63,973 nt of DNA, filler included, from Vicugna vicugna (GCA_013265495.1; 85 parts of 85 records of this genome joined end to end with filler, not necessarily neighbours in it); one strand, 5' to 3'; positions 50,125 to 62,095 are shown, numbered from the whole stretch's first letter. The notes: generated by a model from the sequence alone, not told the origin. Numbers and translations are program-made.

Positions 50125-51016
50125 TTATCTATCTAATGCCTATTTAGGGATAGAACTTAGGAAAAAAAAAGAAAGAAAAAAAGAAAAAAATGAGAGAGAG
50201 AGAGAAAGATTTTTAAAAGGGAGAAAGAGGGTTTGAAAACAGTGTATAATGAATAATAGAAGAGCGAGTTGAAGCAGAGTATTACTAGGGTTGAGACGTC
50301 CTTTTAAAACCTTTAAAAAAAAAAGGGGGGGTGGGGAGATGAATAGATGTATTTGAAGCCTGTGTCTAATCAATAACAGGACATCAAAACCCAAGAGAAA
50401 TAGAAATGAATTAAGAAGTAAAAATTAAGAGAGTAATTGGAAATAGAACAGGTAAAAACAGATTTTAAAAAAACCAAAAAAAACAAAAACAAAAAACCAA
50501 AGAAAAAAAAGGGTTTGTAGGTGTTCTCCTGGAGTCTGTGTGCTTTTAATGTGAAGTCCTTCTGTCTTCGTCCTGTTTTGGAAGCTCAGCTTGTTTTCAT
50601 AGGCCCTCCGTTGGCGCCCTCTTCTGTGCTGCTCCCAGCACCTGTCNNNNNNNNNNNNNNNNNNNNNNNNNNNNNNNNNNNNNNNNNNNNNNNNNNNNNN
50701 NNNNNNNNNNNNNNNNNNNNNNNNNNNNNNNNNNNNNNNNNNNNNNNNNNNNNNNNNNNNNNNNNNNNNNNNNNNNNNNNNNNNNNNNNNNNNNNNNNNN
50801 NNNNNNNNNNNNNNNNNNNNNNNNNNNNNNNNNNNNNNNNNNNNNNNNNNNNNNNNNTGCGCCGCAGTCCGCTGCTCTGTGCGGCTGCGCGCTCAGCCCT
50901 GGTCGGGGCTCCACCCTGGTCGCGCTCCGGGGGTGGGATCGGGGAAGACTGAGGGGCAGCCTCCTCCCTGTTCCGAGCCAAGACCAGCTCCCTGTTTGTC
51001 TTTGTGGAGCAAGTTC
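50125..51016 (-). mobile_element. Probable LINE-1 5'UTR/promoter region
   Basis: An A-rich block followed by a CpG-rich block is the layout expected of an antisense laurasiatherian L1 5'UTR. Not confirmed by any protein motif. Confidence 0.5.
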
Positions 51017-51116
51017 NNNNNNNNNNNNNNNNNNNNNNNNNNNNNNNNNNNNNNNNNNNNTTAATTAATTAANNNNNNNNNNNNNNNNNNNNNNNNNNNN
51101 NNNNNNNNNNNNNNNN

Positions 51117-51627
51117 AAACTTCTTCGTGTGTGTGCTGTTGGTGGAGAAGCAGTGTACACGTATATTCCAGGGGGCAAAGTTATCCCATTGTTGGGGGTT
51201 TTTGGTTAAACACCTCAACTTCCCATGGAGAGGCACTCACTAATACTTGGATTTAGAGNNNNNNNNNNNNNNNNNNNNNNNNNNNNNNNNNNNNNNNNNN
51301 NNNNNNNNNNNNNNNNNNNNNNNNNNNNNNNNNNNNNNNNNNNNNNNNNNNNNNNNNNNNNNNNNNNNNNNNNNNNNNNNNNNNNNNNNNNNNNNNNNNN
51401 NNNNNNNNNNNNNNNNNNNNNNNNNNNNNNNNNTCCAAGTAGAGGGGTCACATTTTTTCCCATTAGGGAGAAATTCTCTGAAAAATTCCATATTTAATCG
51501 GGGGGCAGTTGCTGCTACTTGGACTCCAAGCCAAACTCCCAGATTTCCATCTCAGCCCGGCAAAGGGAAACACTCAAGGAATGCAAGCTAAGGGATTCTA
51601 TTAGAACCCAGGCGCTGCTGTCATTTG
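51117..51627. repeat. Satellite D (reverse orientation)
   Basis: 'cttcgtgtgtgtgctg', 'ccatggagaggcactc', 'ctattagaacccaggcgctgctgtca'. Confidence 0.85.
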
Positions 51628-52015
51628 NNNNNNNNNNNNNNNNNNNNNNNNNNNNNNNNNNNNNNNNNNNNTTAATTAATTAANNNNNNNNNNNNNNNNN
51701 NNNNNNNNNNNNNNNNNNNNNNNNNNNTTTATTCAGCATTTTTGAGCAGTGACTGCATCAGGGCCTTGCTAGGTGCTTGGAAATAGAAAATAAGGAGTGA
51801 CCCTTCTCTGCAGGGGCAGGAAGCCTAGACCAAATGCTGGGTAATGTGATCTGAGCTACAGTTGCCATGTGCAGACTCTGAGGACAAACTGTACCCCCCG
51901 GATTTGCTTTGGCTTCCCTTGCCTTCTGGCTGGTACACACCTGGTCACCGAAACCCAGATGGGCCCGCAGCACACAGCATTGTATATACCTTGATCTCTT
52001 CTGCCCTCTCGGCAG

Positions 52016-52588
52016 GGCCTGCAACATGAGCATCCCTGACTTCATGCAGTGTGCTGAGGACCACCAGAATCTTCCCGTTGTGGTCCAACCCATGGGGATC
52101 ATCTCAGAAGAGAATTTCTTTTGCATCTGTAAGCTACTCACCTTGGTGAGCCATATCAGCCCATGCAGCTCCCAGTGGACACTCTGTATCCACTACAGGC
52201 AACACTATGTGCCCGAGAATGGTTGCAGCATCTTCCAGACCCACCGCAAGTTCGTGGGCCTTTTCACCATTACCGACTGTCTCTCTGCCAAGGCCTTCGA
52301 GAAGCTCCACGTGCAGAAGAGCTGTATGGCACTGCACTTAATGACTCTGAGCTCTTTGTCTTTGTGCTGCATGGGGGGGTAGCCGAGCAGCCGCGCACCG
52401 ACGTGTACTTCAATCTACGAGGACTGCAGGGTGGTGGAGAAGAGGATCAAGGACTTCACTGAGTCACTCTTGATCTTGCTCAAGTCCAAGTGGCAGAATG
52501 GGGGCCCCAAGAAATCTGGGGAAAAGATCCGCCTCCTCTGCATCCCGTTTGAGGAGGAGGACTTCATGGGAATGGACACAGACAGCAG
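52016..52588 (+). pseudogene. TRAPPC9: Degenerate unprocessed copy of the first coding exon of TRAPPC9 (NIBP)
   Basis: ATG at 52026 begins [32 protein letters not shown]...[28 protein letters not shown]. After a frameshift it reads [15 protein letters not shown]...EQPRTDV, and after a second [18 protein letters not shown]...[25 protein letters not shown]. This is collinear with the TRAPPC9 N-terminus as I recall it ([14 protein letters not shown]...GLDTDSR). Flanked by acceptor ctctcggcag| (52015) and donor |gtaagt (52589). Confidence 0.93.
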
Positions 52589-52750
52589 GTAAGTTTACCT
52601 GGAATCCAGTCCACCCTGGCTGTGTGCCGGATTGCTTCCCTACATCCAGANNNNNNNNNNNNNNNNNNNNNNNNNNNNNNNNNNNNNNNNNNNNTTAATT
52701 AATTAANNNNNNNNNNNNNNNNNNNNNNNNNNNNNNNNNNNNNNNNNNNN

Positions 52751-53526
52751 GAAAACCATCAGGGAAGACAAGCAAAGGGGTTCAATAAAAACCAATACGC
52801 TGATGTCACTTGGAAGAACTACCACACAATCAGGATTCTGGAATCCAACCTTGTGTGGTGGGGAGGTGTGGAGCCCCAATCCACGCAGATGAATATGTGC
52901 TCAGGTGTTTCCCNNNNNNNNNNNNNNNNNNNNNNNNNNNNNNNNNNNNNNNNNNNNNNNNNNNNNNNNNNNNNNNNNNNNNNNNNNNNNNNNNNNNNNN
53001 NNNNNNNNNNNNNNNNNNNNNNNNNNNNNNNNNNNNNNNNNNNNNNNNNNNNNNNNNNNNNNNNNNNNNNNNNNNNNNNNNNNNNNNNNNNNNNNNNNNN
53101 NNNNNNNNNNNNNNNNNNNNNNNNNNNNNNNNNNNNNNNNNNNNNNNNNNNNNNNNNNNNNNNNNNNNNNNNNNNNNNNNNNNNNNNNNNNNNNNNNNNN
53201 NNNNNNNNNNNNNNNNNNNNNNNNNNNNNNNNNNNNNNNNNNNNNNNNNNNNNNNNNNNNNNNNNNNNNNNNNNNNNNNNNNNNNNNNNNNNNNNNNNNN
53301 NNNNNNNNNNNNNNNNNNNNNNNCTGGCACTGCTGTCAGTGGGAGGATCTTTCCCAATTCAGGATTCCAGAAGCCAGTCTTGTGGGAGGGGGATTTCTGT
53401 ATCCCCACTCCACATAGATGGATGTGGGCACAGGTGTTCACCTTTATTGAGAATTGATCTAAATACTTCCACACTCCATCAGGGGAACTCGCTTCTATAT
53501 GGCCTCAAAGCCCAACCCCCAGCTTT
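52751..53526. repeat. Satellite D (reverse orientation)
   Basis: Reverse complement of 5921-6060 motifs ('accatcagggaagacaagcaaa', 'aaccttgtgtggtggggaggtgtg'). Confidence 0.88.
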
Positions 53527-53654
53527 NNNNNNNNNNNNNNNNNNNNNNNNNNNNNNNNNNNNNNNNNNNNTTAATTAATTAANNNNNNNNNNNNNNNNNN
53601 NNNNNNNNNNNNNNNNNNNNNNNNNNGAAGCGATTTTTTGATTTCAAGTTCACG

Positions 53655-53789
53655 TTTTTTTGTTTGTTTTACAAAGGGGAGGTAGTTGGGTTTATCTATT
53701 TATGTATGTTTGGAGGAGGTGCTGGGGATTGAACCCAGGACCTTGTGCATGCTAAGCATGTGCTCCACCACTGAGCTATACCCTCCCCC
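53655..53789 (-). mobile_element. Vic-1-type tRNA-derived SINE
   Basis: 'ggggattgaacccaggaccttgtgcatgctaagcatgtgctccaccactgagctataccctccccc' with a T-rich tail upstream. Confidence 0.93.
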
Positions 53790-54049
53790 TAGAGGAAGAC
53801 ATTTTAAATGGAGAATTTTCTTTGGTGGATTTTCCAGCTCAAATTCCATCTTTTCCGCCAGCTTTCCATTTCTTCCTTGAGGTCTTAACTAGGTATCCTT
53901 CTTAGGCTGTGGTAATTTGGGACAAAATTTTTGGTCATAATTTTCATCTTCTCTGTCAAATTTTTCGGTGGGAATTATTAGTCATTTTTCTGTTTTCATT
54001 TTTTCTTCTGAACTGAATTTTCTTGTACCTTACTTTGGTAGATGAAAAA

Positions 54050-54346
54050 CTATTTCATTATGGAAAAGTTCAACCATATGTCGAAGTAGAGAGAAGGGGT
54101 CAGTGAATTCCCACATACCCATCATCCAGCCTTAAGAACCATCAACTTACAGCCATATAATTCCATCTCAGGCCTACCTGTTTGTCTACTCCTGTAGTAT
54201 AATTATTTATAGTAAAATACTCATAATGTAAATTTTACCATTTTACCCATTTTAAGTGTACAGTTCTGTGGCATTAAATACTTTCACATTGTTGTGTAAT
54301 CGTCACTACCATCCATCTCTAGAAATTTTTAATCTCCCCAAACTAN
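54050..54346 (-). mobile_element. Two old L1 3'-end fragments (L1MC-like, then L1MB-like)
   Basis: 'tttcattatggaaaagttcaaccata...cccacatacccatcatccagc' and 'cccattttaagtgtacagttctgtggcattaaatactttcacattgttgtg'. Confidence 0.7.
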
Positions 54347-55820
54347 NNNNNNNNNNNNNNNNNNNNNNNNNNNNNNNNNNNNNNNNNNNTTAATTAATTA
54401 ANNNNNNNNNNNNNNNNNNNNNNNNNNNNNNNNNNNNNNNNNNNNGTCCCTCAGAAAATATTAATTGAACAAACTAAAGGAAACCAATAGTGTTACATGA
54501 GCCGTTCTATATAACATAAAACTAAAAACTGATAATCAGTGGCTAATAAAAAAATATAATAAGAGGTTTACCCTGGGTTTAACTTATAACCCAAGGAAAA
54601 GAGACCTTACTAAATGCCTTATGCAAGCTTTGGAAGACATGATAAAGTAAACCTTAAAGTTTTAAAACATAACATAGGAATTCTTTGTTTACAGCTCTTC
54701 TCATTGATTAAAAAAAGCCACATAAGGAGATACAATTGGGCTGAGGTGACAAAGAAGTTCTCTGGGGAACTGGAAGTGTCTGTCATTGTCTTGCAGTTCA
54801 TAAATGTAAATTCAGCAAACAGTGACCTAGGACTGAGCCTAATTAACTCAATGAGATAAAACTTAAGGCCAAAGAAATTTTTGGCATTTTAGAACTCAGA
54901 ACCCTGACGGGTCCTTCAGAATTTGTCAAGAAATTTTTAATGTCTTTTTCATAAATAGTAAGCCTTAGTGATTTGAGCAAGCAAATTCAGCTTACTCCAA
55001 CTATTATTATACCTATCTCATTAGTAAATTTTAAAGTGAAGAAATGACATCTCTACCTTGTGTCTGTTTATAAGCCTACATACACATTATAGATATGAGA
55101 TATTTCTACTGCTAAAAATAAAANNNNNNNNNNNNNNNNNNNNNNNNNNNNNNNNNNNNNNNNNNNNTTAATTAATTAANNNNNNNNNNNNNNNNNNNNN
55201 NNNNNNNNNNNNNNNNNNNNNNNCCGAAGAAATCTCACTGGAGCTGGCAAGCAGAAAGGGTGCTTGTGTAGGAAGCGTCACTTGGGGTGCGCAAGACATG
55301 CGTTGCGTCCTTCCAGGCAGACACCTTGACACCCTAGTTTGGCATCTGACAGCGGCTAGCAGGGAATTCCTTTCTCAGGAGGGCTGATGTTCTAGAGTTT
55401 GAATACACTTCAGGAAATCCAAGTCGTCCCGAAGCCCGGGACGTGCCCGATACCACGTCGGGCTTTCCACAGAAACAAGCACAGTCCTATTCCTCTGCAT
55501 CACAAAGAACAAGTGTTCACTAGGACAGGGCTCCATCACTCCAAGCTTTCCACAGAGAAAGAATTGCATGTACACAGCCAGTCCACATGACACGTTGACG
55601 TACAGGATGGGGTGCTCCTCCTCTGTGGTGTCCCAGCCCGGGCACCATCAGAATCAGGGTCAGGGCACGAGGACCGCTATGTGGGTATCCGACACAACCT
55701 ACCCAAATGTGGCCGTGCTTNNNNNNNNNNNNNNNNNNNNNNNNNNNNNNNNNNNNNNNNNNNNTTAATTAATTAANNNNNNNNNNNNNNNNNNNNNNNN
55801 NNNNNNNNNNNNNNNNNNNN

Positions 55821-56468
55821 TGCATTTCTCAGTTGTGAGCAGGTGTATTATTGATCTTCTATCCGTCAAACGTGGCATATTTGCACTTAGAAATATTAAA
55901 TCTGATTTCATACATTTTTCCTTTCATCAGAATCAAAAATTAGAAATTTGTCACTGAAAAATACTCCTGGAGCGATTTCTACCCAATAGATATGTCATTT
56001 ACATTGATTCTATCAACATGACATTCCACATTCCAAACATGCTACATGCATGACGGTTTAGACAAAGTTGAATTTCTGACATATGAGCATTTGGATTACA
56101 GATCTTTCTTCCACCAAACAGGATATTAACCCTAAGAAATATTCACTCTGACTTCGTAGATTTTTTCATACTGCAGAATCAAAAATTTAAAATTTTTCTC
56201 AGAAAAATACTCTTGAAGCGTTTTTTAACCCATGGATATGTAATTTACATAGATTCCTTCAACGTGAAATTCCGTGGTCCGAACATGCTACATGCATAAT
56301 TGATCCGACACACATGCATTTCTGAGTTATGAGTATGTGGAATACAGATCATTCATACACCAAACAAGGCTTATTTGCACATAGAAATATTTAATATGAT
56401 TTAATAGATTTGTTTCTATCTCCAGATTCAAAAATCAGAGATATTTCACAGAAAAATACTTTTTTAGA
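55821..56468. repeat. Satellite C-related, strongly diverged, reverse orientation (~247-bp period)
   Basis: The 'atttct' anchor occurs at 55824, 56072 and 56318. 'aacatgctacatgcat' occurs twice. Confidence 0.85.
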
Positions 56469-56568
56469 NNNNNNNNNNNNNNNNNNNNNNNNNNNNNNNN
56501 NNNNNNNNNNNNTTAATTAATTAANNNNNNNNNNNNNNNNNNNNNNNNNNNNNNNNNNNNNNNNNNNN

Positions 56569-58698
56569 CATTCCCTGGCACAGAGATATTAGGAAAACCC
56601 TCAGGAGACACGAACTTAGGCATTCCGTTAGAATCCACGCGCTGCCGACCGTTTGTGCAACCTCCCTACGCTCAGGATTCCGGAACCATTGTCAGTGCGT
56701 GGGGGAGCTCGAAAGAAAATTCCAAGCAGCTCTCTTCAGTCACAGGTGATTCCTGTACGGGGAAGTCCAGGAAATACCTTCCCTGAGCTTGGGGAGGCAT
56801 CCTCGCTCACTGGGATATCCTGCAATCACCCCTAGCATTCCCTGGCACAGAGACATTAGGAAAACCCTCAGGGTAGACTAGCTTCGGCATTCCGATAGAA
56901 CCAAAGCGCTGCCGACCGTTGGTGGAGCCTCCCCACGTTCAGGATTCCGGAACCATTGTCAGTGCGTGGGGGAGCTCGAAAGAAAATTCCAAGCAGCTCT
57001 CTTCAGTCACAGGTGATTCCTGTACGGGGAAGTCCAGGAAATACCTTCCCTGAGCTTGGGGAGGCATCCTCGCTCACTGGGATATCCTGCAATCACCCCT
57101 AGCATTCCCTGGCACAGAGACATTAGGAAAACCCTCAGGGGAGACGAGCTTAGGCATTCCGTTAGAACCCACGCGCTGCCGACCGTTGGTGNNNNNNNNN
57201 NNNNNNNNNNNNNNNNNNNNNNNNNNNNNNNNNNNNNNNNNNNNNNNNNNNNNNNNNNNNNNNNNNNNNNNNNNNNNNNNNNNNNNNNNNNNNNNNNNNN
57301 NNNNNNNNNNNNNNNNNNNNNNNNNNNNNNNNNNNNNNNNNNNNNNNNNNNNNNNNNNNNNNNNNNNNNNNNNNNNNNNNNNNNNNNNNNNNNNNNNNNN
57401 NNNNNNNNNNNNNNNNNNNNNNNNNNNNNNNNNNNNNNNNNNNNNNNNNNNNNNNNNNNNNNNNNNNNNNNNNNNNNNNNNNNNNNNNNNNNNNNNNNNN
57501 NNNNNNNNNNNNNNNNNNNNNNNNNNNNNNNNNNNNNNNNNNNNNNNNNNNNNNNNNNNNNNNNTGATATCCTGCAATCACCCCTAGCATTCCCTGGCAC
57601 AGAGACATTAGGAAAACCCTCAGGGGAGACGAGCTTAGGCATTCCGTTAGAACCCACGCGCTGCCGACCGTTAGTGAAACCTCCCCACGTTCAGGATTCC
57701 GGATCCATTGTCAGAGCGTGGGGAAGCTCGAGAGAAAACTCCACGCATCTCTCTTCAGTCNNNNNNNNNNNNNNNNNNNNNNNNNNNNNNNNNNNNNNNN
57801 NNNNTTAATTAATTAANNNNNNNNNNNNNNNNNNNNNNNNNNNNNNNNNNNNNNNNNNNNTCTAACGGAAAGCCTAAGCTCGTCTATCCTGAGGGTTTTC
57901 CAAATGTCTCTGTGTCAGGGAATGCTAGGGACGGTTGCAGGAAATCCCAGTGACAGAGGATGCCTCCCCAAAGTCAGGGAAGGTATTTCTCGGACTTACC
58001 AGAGCAGGGAACACCTGTCAATGAAGAGAGCCGAGTGGATTTGTCTCTCGAGCTCCCCCAGTCAATGACAATATTTCCGGAATCCTGAACGTGGTGAGGT
58101 TCCAAGAACGGTCGGCAGCACGTGGGTTCTTAGGGAATGCCTGTGCTCGTCTCCCCTGAGGGTTTTCCTCAGGTCTCTGTGCCAGGGAATGCTAGGGGTG
58201 TTTGCAGGATATCCCAGTGTCAGAGGATGCCTCCCCAAGGTCAGGGAAGGTATTTCTCGGACTTCCCCGAGCAGGGAACACCTGTGACTGAAGAGAGCTG
58301 CGTGGAGTTGTCTCTCGAGCTCCCCCACGCAATGACAATGGTTCCGGAATCCTGAGCGTCGGGAGGTTCCACCAACGGTCGGCAGTGCTTGGGTTCTAAC
58401 GGAATGCCTGTGCTTGTCTCCCCTGAGGGTTTTCCTCATGTCTCTGTGCCAGGGAATGCTAGGGGGGGTTACAGGAAATCCCAGTGAACAAGTTCAGGTA
58501 TTTCTCGGACTTCCAAGGCAGGGGACACCTGTGACTGAAGAGAGCAGCGTGGAGTTCTCTCTCGAGCTCCCCCACTCAATGACAATGTTTCCGGAATCCT
58601 GAGCGTGGGGAGGTTCACCCAACCTTCGGCAGCGCATGGGTTCCAAGGGAATACCTGTGCTCGTCTCCCCTGAGGGTTTTCCTTATGTCTCTGTGCCA
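56569..58698. repeat. Satellite A, two scaffolds in opposite orientation (56569-57760 and 57861-58698)
   Basis: 267-bp monomers, with near-identical neighbours at 56700-57180. Confidence 0.95.
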
Positions 58699-59725
58699 NN
58701 NNNNNNNNNNNNNNNNNNNNNNNNNNNNNNNNNNNNNNNNNNTTAATTAATTAANNNNNNNNNNNNNNNNNNNNNNNNNNNNNNNNNNNNNNNNNNNNGC
58801 AGCGGCAAAAACGCGGTGTTCAGGAACTACTAATACCGGGGTTCCACGAACCACAGCAGCGCCTGGGACACGCCTAAGTGTCCTAATGGGACGCGCGGCC
58901 AGGACCTCACCTCCGCACCCCTCCCTGGGCTCCTCCTCAGCTGCACGCTGGGGCCGGGAGGAGCCAGGTGGTGACCCTCCTGCTCGTCCCGCAGGGTCTC
59001 CATCCCCAGAGCCTTCACCCAGCCACCGACTGGGTCCTGGCACTGAACTTGAACCACGACTGCTTTGGGCCAGGCCACACCACGCCAGCCCCACTTCCCC
59101 TGCTCAACTTCCCCTCCCTNNNNNNNNNNNNNNNNNNNNNNNNNNNNNNNNNNNNNNNNNNNNTTAATTAATTAANNNNNNNNNNNNNNNNNNNNNNNNN
59201 NNNNNNNNNNNNNNNNNNNTAAGAACAGAGGATGAGGGATAACTTCTTTCACTTGAGTATTTTTCACTCTGTTTGAATTTTTTTATCCATATGCATATAT
59301 TTCTTTTTCAGTTAAAATAAAAGTGTAATGGAGCAAAGGAGTAACTAGCTCACCAAATACAGCAGCCATGGAATCACTGAGTCATTACTTTTGATTTAAG
59401 CCAGGAAGCATTGATTGTCTCTCTCCTATGTGCCCAGTGCTGTTTTAAGACTGCTTTTATATATTTTTTTAATAAAATAATACCATGCTACCCCTCACCC
59501 CTGCCCAGGGCTGGTGGAAAACCAACTGAGTTTTTATTGAGTTGTTTTCCAAGGAGTAGAGCTGAGTTATAAACAGAACACATCTTCATGGCAAAAGAGG
59601 CGGAGTGCTTTTCCAGCAGGCCAGATAGCAATGACCGGTTTTCAATAGAGGCGCACAGAGACTGAGAGAGAAAGCCTCCAGGACCCTACAGAAAGCTGCC
59701 CAAAGTGCCTTCTCCATGGCACTAC

Positions 59726-59905
59726 TGAAATAGGAAAGAACAAATCTGACTCCATATTAGATCTGTTCCTTTGACTTTAAACCTGTACCCTGTTTCCTAG
59801 GCTTAGTCTTGTTGTTTCTGCACCTTTTGTGAAACAATGTTGCCTAAACCCTGAAAAAACCCTGAAATATACAGGAGACACTATTCTCAAGGCTCTGACT
59901 TTGAA
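59726..59905 (+). mobile_element. 5' end of an ERV1-type LTR
   Basis: Starts 'TGaaataggaaagaacaaatctgactccatattagatctgtt', a typical LTR start with gactccat. Confidence 0.65.
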
Positions 59906-61115
59906 NNNNNNNNNNNNNNNNNNNNNNNNNNNNNNNNNNNNNNNNNNNNTTAATTAATTAANNNNNNNNNNNNNNNNNNNNNNNNNNNNNNNNNNNNNNN
60001 NNNNNTAAAATGGTTTTAAAATAAGTGTCTTTACTGAAATTTCTCAAAGACGTATCGAAGAGCTGATTACCCTTTATGCACTGAAATAACTTGTACATGT
60101 GCCGTGTGCTCCCCAACTCAGAGCTACATGGCTGTGACTTGTGGTCTCTCTCCCACCCTCCAAGCCACCCCAAATCTCTATAAGGAGAATCTCAGACACT
60201 CTAATTCCTCATCATTGCCTCCTCTCTTCCTCCTTCTNNNNNNNNNNNNNNNNNNNNNNNNNNNNNNNNNNNNNNNNNNNNNNNNNNNNNNNNNNNNNNN
60301 NNNNNNNNNNNNNNNNNNNNNNNNNNNNNNNNNNNNNNNNNNNNNNNNNNNNNNNNNNNNNNNNNNNNNNNNNNNNNNNNNNNNNNNNNNNNNNNNNNNN
60401 NNNNNNNNNNNNNNNNNNNNNNNNNNNNNNNNNNNNNNNNNNNNNNNNNNNNNNNNNNNNNNNNNNNNNNNNNNNNNNNNNNNNNNNNNNNNNNNNNNNN
60501 NNNNNNNNNNNNNNNNNNNNNNNNNNNNNNNNNNNNNNNNNNNNNNNNNNNNNNNNNNNNNNNNNNNNNNNNNNNNNNNNNNNNNNNNNNNNNNNNNNNN
60601 NNNNNNNNNNNNNNNNNNNNNNNNNNNNNNNNNNNNNNNNNNNNNNNNNNNNNNNNNNNNNNNNNNNNNNNNNNNNNAACCAAAAGTCAAACAGAGTAGG
60701 AGTTTTGGAGCAAGAGGGATCAAGAACCAAAAGGCTCCCGTAGGAAAACCTGAGTCCCAAGCAGGCAAGCATGGTTTCTGGAATCTTCTCGAGATGAGAG
60801 ATTCCTGACTCATTATGCTGCTGCCATCTCCCCTCGCAACTGACCTCTCCATTGTCTCTGCACCAACAAGAAGTAGCAGCTGGACAAGGAGTTTGGGGAG
60901 AATGTTGCTAACCCTAACAGTGACCTGCAGGGGGATAGCCCAGAATGGAGGCAGACCTGTGTTCCCACAAGGAGTCCCTACAGACTGCGGATGGAGGGTA
61001 CAGAAGTGATAAGGAGACAGAACACCAACCCCTCCCTGGTGTGGGGGCCCCTGATGGAGAAGAGGGCAGAGTCGGGGCTCGGAAGGGGAGGCCACAGGAA
61101 CTCAGAGCCACTCAC

Positions 61116-61142
61116 CTGCATACAGCTGGGCCTTCCTCCAGG
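61116..61142 (-). CDS. Candidate 27-nt internal exon of a butyrophilin(-like) gene, from the cytoplasmic heptad region before B30.2
   Basis: Minus strand: tgttccctttcag|CC TGG AGG AAG GCC CAG CTG TAT GCA G|gtgagt, encoding xWRKAQLYA in phase 1-1. Size and W-R/K-K-A motif fit BTN/BTNL mini-exons. Confidence 0.65.
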
Positions 61143-61255
61143 CTGAAAGGGAACANNNNNNNNNNNNNNNNNNNNNNNNNNNNNNNNNNNNNNNNNNNNT
61201 TAATTAATTAANNNNNNNNNNNNNNNNNNNNNNNNNNNNNNNNNNNNNNNNNNNN

Positions 61256-61995
61256 GCCTAAGCTCGTCTCCCCTGAGGGTTTTCCAAATGTCTTTGTGCC
61301 CGGGAATGCTAGGGGGGTTTTCAGCATATCCCAGTGAAAGAGGATGCCTCCCCAAGGTCAGGGAAATTATTTCTCGGAATTCCCCGAACAAGGAAAACCT
61401 GTGACTGAAGAGAGCTGCGTGGAGTTGTCTCTCGAGTTCCCCACGCCCTGAGAAAGATTCCGGAATCCTGAGCGTGGGGAGGTTCCACCAACGGTCGGCA
61501 GCGCGTGGGTTCTAAAAAATCTCCCCTGTTTCCTAATGTTTCTGTGCCAGGGAATGCTAGGGGTGATTGCAGGATATCCCAGTGACCGAGGCTGCCTCCC
61601 CAAGTTCAGGGACGGTTTTTCTCGTACTTCCCCGAACAGGGAACACCTGTGATTGAAGAGAGCTGCGTGGAGTTGTCTCTCGAGCTCCCCCACGCACTGA
61701 CAATGGTTCCGGAATCCTGAGCGTGGGGAGGTTCCACCAACGGTCGGCAGCGCGTGGGTTCTAACGGAATGCCTAAGCTCATTTCCCCTGAGGGTTTTCC
61801 TAATGTCTCTGTGCCAGGGAATGCTAGGGGTGATTGCAGGATATCCCAGTGACCGAGGCTGCCTCCCCAAAGACAGGGAAGGTTTTTCCCGGACTTCCCC
61901 GAACAGGGAACACATGTGAATGAAGAGAGCTGCGTGGAGTTGTCACTCGGGTTCCCCCACGCACTGACAATGGCTCCGGAATCCTGAGCGTGGGG
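61256..61995. repeat. Satellite A
   Basis: 'gaagagagc' occurs at 61407, 61655 and 61922, giving 248 (19-bp deletion) and 267. Confidence 0.96.
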
Positions 61996-62095
61996 NNNNN
62001 NNNNNNNNNNNNNNNNNNNNNNNNNNNNNNNNNNNNNNNTTAATTAATTAANNNNNNNNNNNNNNNNNNNNNNNNNNNNNNNNNNNNNNNNNNNN

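Noticed and set aside
60178..61095. 305-aa minus-strand ORF
   Set aside because: About half is N. The rest lies downstream of the mini-exon donor, so it is presumably intronic, and has no recognisable domain.
46872..61995. Common origin of the 267-bp (A/D) and 249-bp (B/C) superfamilies
   Set aside because: Only short shared words (ggggaggt, ctgagc.tg) with no extended collinearity.
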